Below, one piece after another: positions 51,901-63,576 of a stretch of DNA of 64,000 nucleotides (its first letter is position 1; each line of letters starts with the position of its first letter). A model generated the notes under the pieces. The model searched no databases. It was given only the letters and a program-made list of their open reading frames with translations, and was not told the DNA's origin. The DNA comes from Mytilus californianus. Its lineage: Eukaryota. The stretch covers positions 62,001 to 126,000 of the forward strand of contig NW_026262745.1 of assembly GCF_021869535.1 (NCBI RefSeq), written 5' to 3'. The translations under genes were made by a program, and so were the position numbers.

Positions 51901-52081
51901 GAGGTGCATCAAAAACATGTATCATATTTGTTATAAATGTTTTGTTTTTATATATTTCACAGATACTGTTACAACCATGATGACATCTACAGACTTTATG
52001 AAGGATTATGAAGAAACAGTATATTTAACAGTGAATTGTATACTTACACATAAAAAACTGAGATCAGGCTTACAAGTTTGA
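33913..52081 (+). CDS. SLC26 (prestin/SLC26A5-like) anion transporter paralogue 2, 16 coding exons, 689 aa
   Basis: Exons: 33913-34198, 37247-37357, 37941-38113, 38710-38874, 41205-41360, 41771-41853, 42721-42868, 43479-43592, 44354-44431, 44809-44904, 46807-46913, 47213-47282, 48172-48336, 49683-49826, 50761-50815, 51963-52081. Total 2070 nt, all GT-AG and in phase. Motifs: DILSGITVGIMQIPQGMAF, FFGSSRHLSVG, GFTAA.A.HI..SQ, PIPIEL, DPNQEL, SLSRT, LDVDIG, IQFQAPIYFAN, VILDFSGVNFID. Confidence 0.95.
34774..35685. repeat. Two 122-bp direct repeats (34774-34895 and 35564-35685) flanking a ~670-bp segment
   Basis: ATAGAAAATGAAAGGATATGGAG...CTTGACAGTTGAT is present twice with 3 mismatches. Confidence 0.85.
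36864..37246 (+). repeat. Tandem array of 71-76 bp units, each a copy of the exon 2 splice acceptor plus the first ~60 nt of SLC26 exon 2
   Basis: Units start at 36864, 36940, 37015, 37089, 37162 (14-nt partial) and 37176; the true exon starts at 37247. Each unit is GCATGGCATTTGGTTTGTTGA..AC..TGCCACCGATATGTGGAATGTACAC followed by (T)nATTACAG. Confidence 0.9.
37640..37940 (+). repeat. Degenerate ~55-bp tandem array derived from the SLC26 exon 3 acceptor junction
   Basis: GCAGTAG(C/T)CGGAG..AGT.TGAT motif at 37674, 37730, 37772, 37833 and 37888 mirrors the exon 3 start GAGCAGTAGCCGTAGTTAGTCTGATG (37941). Confidence 0.7.
44985..45200 (+). mobile_element. 3' tail fragment of the Penelope-like family (TTACCTTTCTGGAGCACCT motif)
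   Basis: Related fragments at ~47715-47908 (-), ~40300-40600 (-), ~41985-42045 (+) and the tail of the element at 1300-1600. Confidence 0.55.
45200..45486 (-). mobile_element. Short HINE/pearl-like element with a (CGTC)n microsatellite
   Basis: Inverted repeat ATGCCCCACT (45204-45213) / AGTGGGGCAT (45450-45459), terminal hairpin ATGCCCC-ACTTG-GGGGCAT, and an AACAAAGAATGTGTCC start on the minus strand. Confidence 0.8.
48520..48672. repeat. Short palindrome-rich minisatellite (GACCATATGAGTAT / ACCGTACGCGTATGGTC)
   Basis: The ACCATA(T/C)GAGTA motif is repeated about five times. Confidence 0.7.
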
Positions 52082-52687
52082 TACAATTCTTATAAATTTT
52101 CAACTGTGTTGAATAATAAATATTGCATGCAATTGGAAGTTGTCATTTTCTACATACATTTTGTACCATTCCTTTCACCGTAGGACCGTCATAAAGAAAA
52201 CCATCGATCGATTACCCTTTCCTTAAAATTCGATGACATGAAGTGGCCACGCACATGATTAAATTGAAGGCCAGGCATACTTTTGTACTTTTTATACATT
52301 GTGACTGGGATGGAGAGTTGTCTCATTGGCACTTATACCACATCTTCTTATTTATTATGTGACCCCAATGGATTGTTTAGTTTGTAAGTCCTGAATACAA
52401 TTATGTTACCTGCTATGTTAACTGCATGTGTTGTCATGATTCTCAAAAAACAAATTAACATACAATTTGACATAACAATATGCTCCACAAATTACTGCTG
52501 TTTCAGGTCTATTACCACGGCCAGCACTTGAAGTGTGAAATCATTTTTACATCACTTGTATTTAAAATCACCATACATATGTAGATGTATACGTACCAAA
52601 TCAAAAGCTTCAACATAAAAACATCTGTCAGTTTTTAAAAAGTGGGGACATGTAGTCATAGGAGAGTGCAGATAGCTTAGTTGAAGG

Positions 52688-52799
52688 CACAGGCACTTGT
52701 CTCTCAAAGATTCCTATATATGTTTTTCAAAAATGCGAGTTAGGTACCTTGTGTTATATTAAGGTATATAGGATTTTTTTTCTGAGACAAGTGCCTGTG
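52688..52799. mobile_element. 112-bp mini-MITE with perfect 16-bp TIRs and an imperfect 8-bp TSD
   Basis: CACAGGCACTTGTCTC (52688-52703) / GAGACAAGTGCCTGTG (52784-52799); flanks GTTGAAGG (52680-52687) and GATGAAGG (52800-52807). Confidence 0.7.
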
Positions 52800-52869
52800 G
52801 ATGAAGGTGCTAAACTTCATTTTCAATGGATCAATAAAAAATAATTAGCAGGCCTAGGTGCTTTCGACA

Positions 52870-53005
52870 TCAATTACAATCGACTAGGATTGCCAGTTTT
52901 CCTTCCGAAGGTCGGTGGTTCTCTCCGGACACTCTGGCTTCTTCCGATAATAAAAACTGGCCGCATCGATATAATCAAAAGTGCTGAAAGTGGCGTAAAA
53001 ACATC
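52870..53005 (+). mobile_element. V-domain SINE 3' fragment
   Basis: GGTCGGTGGTTCTCTCCGGACACTCTGGCTTCTTCC...AAAACTGGCCGC..GATATAA..AAAGTGGCGTAAAAAC resembles the recalled V-SINE core and tail. Confidence 0.55.
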
Positions 53006-55303
53006 AACAATCAACAATAAAAAACTACAAATTTTTTATGATATCGGTTGTACATTGTAAGTCATTAACTATTTCTGAATAATAATTTTTAATAATAATT
53101 TATTTGTGCTCTTGGTGTCTTTTCTCCCTTTTTAGGAATGATAAAGATTATTTTTAGATAGAAATATTTAAAAAATATAACCATGACATAAATCGAGCCT
53201 AAAATGCATCTTGTTGCTCTTGGTTTACTTTTGATATTTAAATAGGTTTTAATATTAGGTAAAGAACTGATACATTTGGATAAACTAAGTAAACATTGAG
53301 GATAATTAGACTTTTGTCTTTTATTTGTTTTTTTTTGTCGTAGGGGTGCTGTCACATTGAGATAGACTCGATGTCTGCTGAATTAACTTTTACGAGGTGA
53401 ATTTGATATTAAAGGGAAGAATATAGGGAGAAGGCGTTCAGAAACGATAAATTCAAGTACATGTAAAACATACAATGCCATGGACAACATGGAAACTTGC
53501 ATATGTTAAATCTTCGATTATTAAATTACTTTTTTTCCCAATTTCTATTACTTTGTAGAATGCGTATGTATATATATATATATATGACTGTTAAAGTTTC
53601 TAGAAAGTGATGCCGATTTCTATAAGCCGTGTTTCAAGAACAACCAAAAATGTCTACTTACTATTCACCTAATAAAATATAAAAAGGGAAAATATTTTTT
53701 CTCCACACAAATAAAAGGAGATGATTGGTTTATGCCATTGAGACAGAAACCCCAAAAAGATATGCATGTACATGTGTATCAAACAACATATAGAAGTCAA
53801 CACAACGTGTTAATAAATAGACAATGGTCTGTATAACATGTCGAGTTCAGATTACTAGTAGTCTTGATATTGAAATGAAATAGTGAATAATGATAAAAAA
53901 TATCACGGAGTTTACATTGAGACTATTTTTCTTTCCCAGTAATTGTGCGAACAGGTCACCTGCTTTCTGTATGACAGCACAATCGGATCTTTATGTCTAC
54001 AGCTAAACACACACAAATTAGAAGCATAATTAGTGGCTTACAGCAGTATATTCTTCTTGAAGGTTATTTTCAATACTTCTTCAGACAGTGAAGCACACCT
54101 ACTGTACGTATGAAGAAACACAATGGTTTTTGTCTATTTACTTGCACATTATGATCAATAAACAGTCGGTCGGGAAATAGGACTGTCAATGCACTTGAAA
54201 GTAAGGATGGATAAGAGTACATCAGAAACCTACATCCACAGATCCCCATGTATGTTGTTGGACGATTTTAGAATAGCCTGATACTCTTCTTTCAAGAGAC
54301 TTTGATTAATCAATCCGTATTTGATGTATAGATTTTTCCGTGGATTACAAATGTTACAGTAATGCATCCTGTAAAACCAGAAGGATTCATATCTCTTCAA
54401 GCAAGGGTCTTACTTGCGGTTCATATATACGAATATGTGAAAACTGTTGTTTCTTATTTGTGTTTGTAACTATGTATACTGTATTGTTTATTATATTTGT
54501 AAAAACAATATTATAATGATATTATATTATGCTCCTTGTGAGCCCATTTGATGGAAATAAAGCATCATCTTCTTCTTCTATAGCCATGTTTTCACCCAAA
54601 ACACCTGTTTGCTACTTTTCAGTTAAATTCGTAACATTTGGTTGGTTTGTTAATTTTATACTTATTATACCTAATATCGTTGTTTTCTCGTTTGAACTGA
54701 AATTACGATACTAATTTTATTGTCAGCTACATGTATTTGAAATACATAACAAACTGCAAACTGGTGTAGGTACATGCAATGATACAATAATAGCATTGCA
54801 ACATAAAAGGTACATGTACACTCAAAGAAAAAGTTTATCATGAAATCTTTTATCTATTTTAGATAATAACGCATGAAATATTTTTGTTTCAAAACTGAAA
54901 AGGAAAGTGGAAGATTGTTAAGCTTTCAAATGAATATTCTTATATGCAATACAAGTTATAATAGACTTAACAATGATACAAGTACCATTTAATCGTTCAA
55001 AAATAATTATTTCATTAAATTTGGTAATTTCTATTTTGAAAAATTGGTCCATACTTCTCAAAATACTGCATTCATTTTTTTCAACGATTGTAAGAATATT
55101 CTTATATGCATAATAAATGTTTCAAGTTTAATTTCGGTAATGACATATTCCATATAATGAATCTTTAAACAATTTTTGACAATTAAATACCTGATCTGGG
55201 GGTATTGTTTGACAATTTCTCTTCAACTGTTTCAAATCAATTGTTAATGTTAAAACTATATTTAATGGTTCGTTTGTTAACAGTTGATTGTTTTGAACAA
55301 AAA

Positions 55304-58300
55304 ATGGCGACAGTTATAATTCAGTTTTGTAATCGTTGTGAAGAAAGGAAATATTTAAAGCTATGTAAGAAATGTCTACAGTATTTATGTAGTGATTGTA
55401 AGCGTGAACATTTCTGCGGAGTTACCGCAGCACCTCCAACTATCTATAGTTCTAGTGAACACTTGATAAAGAGCATCGACAATAAACCATTCCAATGTCG
55501 GACTCATTTGAAGGAAGTCGTCCGTTTTTGTTTTACTTGCACCCTCCAACTTTGTGAGGAATGCCTAGATAACGATCTCTCTGAGCATAAAAACCACGTG
55601 ATATACAACGTAGATAACGCTGCTAAAGAGATACGAAGGCAAACAGATGAAAAAATCGCATCACTCAAAGTTAAGATAGAAAAGGCTAGAAGGCAGAGAC
55701 ATGAACTTGATAAACAAAGGTTCAGTTCAACACACAGACATAATACTAGACGGCAGGTCACTAACCTCGCCTCTAATCTGGCCTCTGCCATAGTTGCCGC
55801 TATTGAAGACCAGGCACGATTAGATAAAACAGTAGCTGCCGAAAGTGTAACAAAGCTTCAGAAGACTATTGATGTTTGGACGGACACCAACCGTACACTA
55901 CATAAAATCTCTACAGCACCTCACAACCTAGAAAATATCCATCTTTTCTGTAAATATATAAAAGTTCATGAAAATTTGGATTTACCTTCTATAAAGACAA
56001 CAGCTGATTTTCCTGATGATAGAAAATTTCAACACTCAGAACTTATTCAAACCGAATTAAGATCATTAGTGGAATACTTAGAAGCGTTGTAAGTATGCAT
56101 TGCATGTAACGGGGAAATGTAATTTACACTTAAAATGTATAACATTAAACATTTGTTTAAATACAATAACCTTAAATAGCATGAAATAAATTATACGTAG
56201 TATTGGGACATTCCGTTTATGATAGAAAAATTCACAAATGATATTCCCACTTGAACTTTGTTGTATGAACGCTATAAATAAAACAATACAAAACTATCAA
56301 CAAAACAATGCACTTAACATTCATAAATTGAAATAAATTCAACTCAAATGAAGTCGGGTGTTAGGAGCAAACATCAATGAACTGGAGATGCTTCACAGTT
56401 CAGTGAAAGTGTAAAGTTTGGTTTCGGGTTGAAGTTGCTCGATTGTAACAAAATTGGCGTTCAACTTGTTCGGAAACATTTCTATTCATAATTTCCAATT
56501 AAAATACATAATGAAATTTCTGTATTTGTGTATACTACATGTATGTGTAGTTTTCTTACATTCCATAGTGTAAATGGAAGTTTTAGAATTGATTAGTTTA
56601 AAAATCCCCCAATTAAAAAGTAAAACCCAAAACACAACAAATTAAAAACAAAATAAACCACAGAGAATGTATGTATTAAAAGGAGAATGTATCCCTTTTA
56701 TTTTGATTTGAAGTAAGCGTATTTACATATTTGGCAGTACATTAAACCAACATTGCTTACCTGATTGAAAATCTTCTTTTAACTTTCTTAATACATGTTT
56801 TAAAGGCAAGCTCTTTATAGTTATTTATTTTAAAAAATGCATTGCCCAGTTTTCTTTTAAAATGCTAAATTGTATTTCACCCTATATAATCTTAATAAAA
56901 AATGATAATTTTATTAAACATTATAGAATAATAACATATACCTGTATAAATCTACATATAAACGTTCGAACCATTAGTGCCTAATTCAAATACAAATATA
57001 CAACTACATTGTATGTCCACACAGACAGGTTTATCTGAGGCCTGTTCAGACGAAGAAACACACAAGCTTCTAGATACTTCATAACCCCGCAATGGCAATC
57101 GAGGTACACTAATATAGATATAAATAGACAAATAAAACAACCTCTCATTCAGTATCTGTTTAAAAAATTTTAGGGATGCGTGCGATACTAACCATTCCAC
57201 AACGCAAACAGTTATTAGTTTATTTTATAGTAGTTGTATATCTCGAACCCTTCTGCTGCATGCAGGAACTATAAGAATTGTATGCACATGTTTGTGTACG
57301 GTAGTTAAAGCGTTGAACTTACAGTCATCCGATGCGCTCCTTCAAAATAGCTACGGTCAACTCAGTCTTTTACTAACTTATAAAATACACAATGATATCG
57401 ATACGTTTTTATCTATTATATTATCTATTCGACAGAACTGGTATCAATGTTCCCTTGCCTGTGAAAACACAAGAAGAAATAGAGAGGTAATGTTCTAAAT
57501 CAGTTTAATTCTGTAGACTTATTAGTAAAAATCTATCTATAAAAAGTGACTGGTCCTTAATGAAAAGTGAATATTTTCATTTCTTTAAACAAATAATAAT
57601 ATGGACTGGTTATCCGGCTTCCTACAACAATAAACACTTACCGCCATGTTATATGAACGGTTTACATAAGATGAAATACGCAATGCTTAGGACAGTCATA
57701 TATTCTGTCGGTCTCGCTAAAAGAAACTAGTTTCCTCAAACTTTCATGCATGTGCACAATATCATGTGTAATATGTTCACAAAATATATCATTGCATACA
57801 ATTCTTGAATATTTAAGACTTGCAACCGCCTATGATCGAGAAATGACAATGGTTGATTTGGCTACCAACCCAGCGTCCAGACCACAATCAAGAATTAGTA
57901 TTAAAACAAACATGACAGCGACTACAATGCTGACTAAATACGAAGAAGATTCCATCATGTATATCAAAAGTGAAAATCAAGCTTTGAAAATGGAACTCAG
58001 GTATGGTGTTCAATATATAACTGTTAATGATATATACAATGTATATATTCTGCAATACAAAATATGATCAGTCGAAATAGCTCAAAGATGTTATTATTCA
58101 TAGATGCTGGATCATATGTTTAGCACTCCTGAACAACAATATCGTACTCTAGAAACATGTACTTACATGTACTGATCATTATCATGTAGGTGTGAAATAT
58201 GAACAGGAAATTAGCAGACAATTATTTATTTTGTTTATAGTTTTCAGACATAAGCAGATAATTGTTTATTTCGTTTATAGTATTTAGACATTCACCTCCA

Positions 58301-61300
58301 TCAACCGAGATAGTTAAGCTTTAAAAACGTTAGATCCACCTCAATAGCGTGCATATGCATAAATTTATGTTATAATTTGTTGCAGTAAACTTAGAAAACA
58401 GACAAAAGAAATGATGCATGCGACATCCCTTCTATCGAACTACTGCACAAACGTGATGACGTTTTCCTTGATGCAGGAGGATGATATACTGGATGCCCTA
58501 AGAAAACCCATGGTGGACGATGATGAATTATCTGAGTTCTATCATAGCATCTCATCTGTTGGTCATTCCTTCTCAAAACTAAAGAGCAAGATGTAAGTTA
58601 ACAATGCATTCTACATATGATCATATAAAATTACCCATGAAAATATTACGAGACTGGGGCTCTTTTCACAAAAAATCTTACGACAAAAAACGACCATCCT
58701 AGTGGACCCCTATTACAGGACCTACATATTGTATTTATTGGGAATTTGTTTTCATCCTGTAAATGCATGAGACATTAGCCACTAAACGTCAATCAAGCAA
58801 TCAATCAATCAATCAAACAAACTTTAAATCGACACCCAGTGTACAAGTCGTAAAATCAATTAGCAGAGAATTAACATTTATCTACTATAAAGACTAGATT
58901 ATTTTATGACATGCATTAGGTTAATCTTTAGGATTGCATATTCGTTGACAACATGTTTCAGGAAAAGTAAAAACTCAACTTCAAAAATACTTTACAAGTA
59001 ACATATCAGAGTAGTATATGCAGACTAAAAACTTTATTTGTGAGCATGTATAGTAAAAGATGCATTCTTCACCGGTAAAATTTCCATGACTCTGTCTCTA
59101 CATTATCATATTTTGTAGTCAAATTTTTCAAAGTAACAAAGAAATATGAAAACACTGTCATATATTACTCTTTTTAACCTTTATATTGTCTTGCTTCAAA
59201 TTAACAACTAGCAATGCTTGTATCTTCTAGACTGAATGTTGAAAGCACTGATATGGGATCCTTTGAAGACCTCCAGAACAACACGGATGACACTAAAAGT
59301 ATTCAAACAAGGTGAGTTACTATATTTTTATTAATATACAATATATGTACATTGTCAGAAAATATAAAATTTATTTGTATGAGCTTAAGAAACAGGAAGA
59401 AAAGCAAAGCTGGGAGCCTCGCTTTTCTCCAGTTTCGTAGCGAGTACAAATACATTTTATATTTCTTTTAGAAACAGGACGAAAAGCGAGGCTCGCCGAG
59501 CGTTTCTCCTGTTTCGTAGCGAGTACAAATAAATTTTATATTTCTGACAATGTACATATATTATTTTTATCCTGTAATTTTTACACGACACTTTAAGGTT
59601 TATTCGTTTAAATCCAAATAGTTGGCTCTGCTTTTTCAAAGAAATCGACATATTACGGTGATGTTGTTTACCGAGCCCTGAAATTTAGATACGATCCGGG
59701 TAAACTTTTCAATCCTTTAAATAAACTTTTTCTAAAAGGTTACCAATTCAACACTGTGAGTAGACATTTGAATATTGCTTTTATTGGTGTATATATTGTC
59801 ATCAGTAAATCAAAACCATGCTAAATATTATTGTTTTACACATATGCACATTCACGGTACTACAATCTGTCTATACCTATAATTTGGCATTACATACATG
59901 TAAGGTCATGTTTTTCTCTGACTGTTAATGACGTCTTTAAACTAAATCCGTTGGATGTTAGATATGTACTGATTGATATTTTCGTCTTAGATACATGATT
60001 TTTTATTAGTTGTTATTGGCTATGAACTAGCTGTCAGTAACTGTGAGTTCTCTCAGATCTGTACTTTGTGTATTTCTTGTTTTTAAGGATGTATAAATAC
60101 CCTGCCACGTCCGGCCTGTATTATCAAGTTTTAATAGATGTCTTTTCTGCTATGTATCGATCTGACGAGTTAAGCCCTTTTCAACTGTAGATTTTTCTAG
60201 TTTGTTCTAATATTGTACTGTTACCACACTCCTAGATTAGGGGAGAATTGGCGCCTTCAAACATGTTTAACCCCGCCACATTCTATATATGCCTTTCCCA
60301 AGACAGAAGCCTGTAGTTTCGTTATTAACTAGGCCGTTAGTTTTCTCAATTGAATTATTTCAATTTTACAATTACAAATAAAGCAAGTGTAGATCTACAT
60401 GTTATTTGTACAAAGTTGGGTGATTGCAGGATAAAAGAAAATATTAAAAATCCTTCTAGGCAACTCTGTGTTTAATCACCTTAAGCCGTTGTACCAATAT
60501 CAATTTTTATACATTATACTTTCCAAGGACAAAACTTTTTAAAATGAATTATTCCATAAAGATATCGATGATACCCACCCAATAATCAATTACCACTATT
60601 AAAAGCAGCAAAGAGAAAAACAACACAAGTAAACAATCGACATATAGAAAATGTTTGGCATTCCGCGAGTTTAGAAGATTTAATAATTTTTGACGCAATA
60701 GATGTTATCCAAAGCGGACTAGCAACATTTCAACACAGTTTATTACTAAAATAGGAACATTCAAAACTAAAATTAACGAATAAAAACTTAATGAACGAAG
60801 TAAACTATTACATAGGATAGCATATCCAAATAAATTTTATTATCATTATCAGAACATTTCTAAAACTTCATTAGAAATTTCTACAAAGCATAAAGCAAGG
60901 TAATAACTCATCAAAGATACAAACAATCTACCATATAATTTCGTACGCCATACTCGCGTTTCTTCAAATGAAGACCCACCAGTAGCGCTCGAATCCGGAG
61001 TGCAATAAGCATTACACATAAGTTTCCGTAATTAAGACAAACTGCAGTCGTCCAAAAAAACAAATGCGACGGAGATTTTCCTCCACTTCTTAAATGCCGG
61101 TTCTCGAACATCTCTATCTATTTTGCATTAAAAGTTCACGAGAGAAGTCATATCATAGATTATCTTCATCCTTAAAAGGTGTTACCTAATTTCTTTGATA
61201 CATTTTGTCATACCTGAAAAATTCCAAGAACATTAAAATCTTTATATTTCAGGATGACCATTGAAACTGTAGCCAATCACAGCATAGCAGAAACAGTATC

Positions 61301-63438
61301 CACTACTATCCACGACAAAGTCAGCGAGTTACCTCCCATATCACAGAAGAGCAGTAGACCAAACAGCATTATTTACATGTACTCTAAATTGTATGATAAT
61401 GAGTGGAGTGATGCCTTAGACGTGCTGACACAGTCTGGAAAACGATGGGCTATGGACCTCGTCATAAAACATCTATACATAGTCATAAAGGTAAACTAGC
61501 TTTATCATTTTTTTATTTTACGACGACGAGGGTTTTGTTTAACGACCATGGCTACCCATGAGGGTCTTGCACGGTCGGGTTATTTTACTTAGTTTAAAGA
61601 CATAAAATATGAAATATGTATTACTTAGAATTCAAATTTTTTTACCAAATACAATACATGATATAGTAATAGGAAGATGTGGTATGAGTGCCAATGAGAC
61701 AACTCTCCATCCAAGTTACAATTTATAAAAGTAAACCATTATAGGTCAAGGTACGGCCTTCAACACGGAGCATTGGCTCACACCGAACAGCAAGCTATAA
61801 AGGGCCCCAAAAAATTACTAGTGTAAAACCATTCAAACGGAAAAACCAACGGTCTAATCTATATAAAAACGAGAAACACGTATGAACTACATAAACAGAC
61901 GACAACTACTGTAATCAGATTCCTGACTTAGGACAGTTTGTTTTCATACTAATACTGCATTTCCGATAATCTGTTAATTCTTTATCAATGGATTGTGCTT
62001 CGTAAACGTGTGTATGTGTATTCCAGGCTTGTTACAAAATATGTAAACATATAGAAGAGCAACAGCTACAAGATCTGATTGACACAGTGTTTCTCTCAAA
62101 TAATGGCCGAAGGGTGAGTTTAAGACTAAAACCTAGAGATTCTTGCAACTTAACAGACAAAAAGAAAAAATTAGAAAATAAGGTGAAGTGATGTGATTTG
62201 CAAATGTGACAATTATACCAAACAAAGAGAAAATCACGTGGATGTATAGTTTTTATTTAACATTTTAATAAAAAAGTTAATAAAAAACCATTTATATGGC
62301 ATTTTATTCAACATATATAACAACATTTCATCTTTTGGGGCAAAACTTCGACTTTTGTTATTTATCGATTAGGCAATGTCCATAGCTTTAAAGTCATGCC
62401 TGTTTATATGATCTTAATATGTATGATCGTAAGGACTGAATATAGTTAGAAAGAAAAAAAAATCAACCAAGAGTTATTTGATTGTTTCCTCCGTCTTATA
62501 TCAGGGATAGGTGCTTTTCTTTTACCATTTGTTTCCTTTAAATTAAAGAAATGTGTTTTAGATTATTAAGAATATATTTTTTTTCTTTCAGCTCCCTCTA
62601 ACAGATATAAAGGCAATAATGGATTTACGTAGACGAATAGCAGTTGATACAGCCATAAACATCAGACAGGTATCACTTTTTACGGTGTTTTTATTTTTAA
62701 ATATTTCTTTTTAAATTATTTTGTTTTTTAAAGCTCTTCAACTTTCTTACAAATCTTGATCTAACTAGTATAATTCCAGCGCCACTTATGAGTGTTTTGT
62801 AGAAAAAAATAAATACAGAACACTAAATCCTAAACAAAAGAACACTGCAAAACTTTCTTAATGTGATTTATCATCTTGAAATTAACTTATAGTTTGTCAA
62901 CATGAGCAAACATAATGACATTATTCTTTAGTTTAGATGATTAATGGTTTTAATGTATCAAATTTTAACTTGATCTCCTTAAGAATGTCCTCAGATACGA
63001 ATATTTTGTTTTAAAGAAAACTCGTATTTATTTACCTAACTTTTTCTTTGTAAATTTTGTAAATGAATATTAATTTATCTATATCTCTTACTGATGATTC
63101 GTATAATTGAATTTTATTTTTTTTTACCTTAGAACATACCAAAGATGGACCAGTTTCAATCAGAGCTGACCAAGTGCTCATTTAAAAAGGACAAGTTACT
63201 TAAACAAATATACGATACTCCATTTTACGGTAAATGTGTATATTTATGCTGGTGCATGACCTTAGAGGAGCCCCCGTTGTGTTTAGACAAAGAACCACCG
63301 AAAGGATCAGTAGTTGACAAAGATTTATATAGAGAATTTACCAAGGGAGGAAAAAGAATTGAGTATTGTGTATGGCCACCATTACTTCTTAAGGAGGATG
63401 GCGAGATTCTAGTTAAAGGAATTGTACAAGTTCGTTAA
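55304..63438 (+). CDS. RING-less TRIM-like protein: B-box1, B-box2, coiled coil, fused to a Mieap/SPATA18-like C-terminal domain; 9 coding exons, 671 aa
   Basis: Exons: 55304-56088, 57436-57486, 57818-58000, 58386-58592, 59231-59311, 61253-61490, 62027-62113, 62592-62669, 63133-63438. Total 2016 nt, all GT-AG, one open frame. B-box1 CxxC-x8-CxxC-x4-CxxC-x3-H; B-box2 CxxH-x7-CxxC-x4-CxxC-x7-HxxH; Mieap-like motifs LYDNEWSDAL, KCV.LCW.M...EPP and Y..FTKGG..IEYCVWPPL.L...G.ILVKG.VQ. Confidence 0.8.
59340..59562. mobile_element. 223-bp foldback/MITE-like element with ~40-bp TIRs and an internal ~79-bp duplication
   Basis: AATATATGTACATTGTCAGAAAATATAAAATTTATTTGTA (59340-59379) is the reverse complement, with one indel, of 59524-59562. 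The interior has two copies of AGAAACAGGA...GTTTCGTAGCGAGTACAAATA. Confidence 0.8.
59930..60320 (-). repeat. Dispersed copy of the SINE-like element that seeds the 500-bp array
   Basis: CTAGCTGTCAGTAACTG, CTCAGATCTGTAC, CCCTGCCACGTCC and TTAACCCCGCCACATTCT are reverse complements of motifs in 22630-22910. Confidence 0.8.
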
Positions 63439-63576
63439 GTAAATGTACAATCAGACGAGGAAATGATACAAAATAAAACAAACACAAGTGTACAACGTTA
63501 TCCGTTTTACCAATAAATGATAAAGATAGCCATTTCCAATTTGAAAGATAAAATTTATTCATTTCAAACTACTTTA

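Noticed and set aside
55205-56092. Single-exon 295-aa B-box gene as given by the ORF track
   Set aside because: The first good ATG is at 55304, and the TAA is part of a GTAAGT donor that continues in frame into downstream exons. An in-frame TAA arises automatically at any phase-2 GTAAGT donor, so it is not evidence for a regulated short isoform.
56952-57200. 82-aa minus-strand ORF, or a possible extra + strand exon near 57025-57103
   Set aside because: No recognisable motif; both candidate + strand acceptors hit stop codons in the phase required by the B-box/Mieap gene.
60945-60990. Minus-strand hammerhead-like motif (CTGGTGG...GAAACGCGAG)
   Set aside because: The CUGANGA core and stem II are disrupted; a decayed Penelope-type remnant. 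The overlapping 66-aa ORF is not considered coding.
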